Source: a virus
Taxonomy: Duplodnaviria > Caudoviricetes
Virus record (IMG/VR): IMGVR_UViG_3300043473_000069
Location: 1-64,000 of that record
Direction: 5' to 3' (one strand)
DNA length: 64,000 nt
The notes under the pieces are model-generated. The model searched no databases and was not told the DNA's origin. It saw nothing but the letters and a program-made list of their open reading frames with translations. The position numbers and the translations under genes are program-made. Positions 63,218 through 64,000 of this stretch are shown here, piece after piece (position 1 is the stretch's first letter; every line of letters starts with the position of its first letter).

Positions 63218-64000
63218 ATGGCAGAACGTACTAGAAGGCCGACCCGCTCACAAGTCTTCCGCTTCCTGAGAGAGCTTCAACGACCTGAGAGCATCAGCCG
63301 ACGCCAGTGGCCGGGCGTCAAGGCCTTCCTCTACGTCGTTGCAAGGGCGTACCCGCACCCCTACAAGAGCCAGGCGACCCTGGCTGACGAGATGGGTGTG
63401 ACGGTCCGTTCAGTGAAGCGGTACGTCCGGTTGGCGAGAGACGCAGGGTTGCTAGTAGTAGAGGCAGACGCCGGGATGAAGCGTCCCTGGAGCCCTCGTC
63501 GGACCAACCTGTATCACATCATGTGTGATACGAAAATGTCCCCTTCCAAACAGGGCAAATTGTCCCCCAAAGAAGAAGGGATACTGACGTATCCCTCCCG
63601 CCCAGCGAAAGGTCCTCCGGACCAGACTTCGTCTGGTCCATCGGCCCGGCCCGGCCAAGCCGGGCCAACAAGAGTCCGTAGGATCCCCCGGATGCCAGAG
63701 CCCGCCCGCACGGCCAGTGAAGCCATCGCAGCAGCCAACGAGAAGGGTCGTATCACACGGCGTCCGAGGAAGGGCGACAAGGATCCCTCACGGCGGATGG
63801 AGGAGCACTTCCTCAACCAGTGGGACTGGGTGGTGGAGTCGGTCCCCTCCCTGGCGCCAGTGCGAGTGCTCGACAACCGTCACGAGCCGAGGGGGTACCT
63901 CCGTGCGACCTTCTTCGCTCCCTCGGCCGGACGGACGTACACCGAGGACGAGGTGCACGAGTTCATCGATGAGTTCATGAAGGCCGTGGTGCGAGGGCTG
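63218..64000 (+). CDS. HTH replication-initiator-like protein (truncated by window end)
   Basis: AAGGA RBS; SQATLADEMGVTVRSVKRYVRLARDAGLL..TNLY winged HTH, then K(M/L)SP repeats; open to 64000; absent from the ORF track. Confidence 0.7.
   Translation, partial: MAERTRRPTRSQVFRFLRELQRPESISRRQWPGVKAFLYVVARAYPHPYKSQATLADEMGVTVRSVKRYVRLARDAGLLVVEADAGMKRPWSPRRTNLYHIMCDTKMSPSKQGKLSPKEEGILTYPSRPAKGPPDQTSSGPSARPGQAGPTRVRRIPRMPEPARTASEAIAAANEKGRITRRPRKGDKDPSRRMEEHFLNQWDWVVESVPSLAPVRVLDNRHEPRGYLRATFFAPSAGRTYTEDEVHEFIDEFMKAVVRGL

Noticed and set aside
1-64000. tRNA genes, introns/inteins, stop-codon recoding
   Set aside because: No cloverleaf was noticed, TerL, portal and helicase have normal uninterrupted lengths, and all three stop codons end genes normally.

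Overview
The window is a continuous piece of a high-GC tailed phage genome: a contractile-tailed myovirus, inferred to infect Actinobacteria and to resemble Bxz1/E3/BRock-type phages. All credible genes are on the + strand. Layout: (i) 1-14.1 kb, accessory/early genes (DUF6011 protein, SNF2 helicase, a non-coding hairpin array, HNH, a sortase-fold protein, lipoprotein, HTH, clamp-like and KTSC proteins, many small ORFs); (ii) 14.2-56.3 kb, the virion module (TerL, a block of candidate capsid-internal proteins, portal, scaffold, MCP, fibres including a GH128-bearing one, neck, sheath, tube, chaperone with a likely +1 frameshift, enzymatic tape measure, baseplate); (iii) 56.3-64 kb, DNA-binding proteins, two secreted N/Q-ladder repeat proteins (one with a sortase sorting signal) and a truncated HTH replication initiator. 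I saw no tRNA, rRNA, CRISPR array, integrase or endolysin. The strongest unexplained signals are: (1) a 9-bp motif, GTATCACAC and variants, present about once per kb in both orientations and forcing rare codons inside genes; (2) a candidate phage-encoded surface-fibre system made of a secreted subunit, a wall-anchored subunit and a sortase-like enzyme; (3) a dense hairpin and repeat array at 3.0-4.7 kb; (4) two further palindromic operator families; (5) near-total CGCG avoidance; (6) clamp-binding-like peptides on several proteins. All counts are by eye, all family assignments come from motif recognition, and no searches were run.
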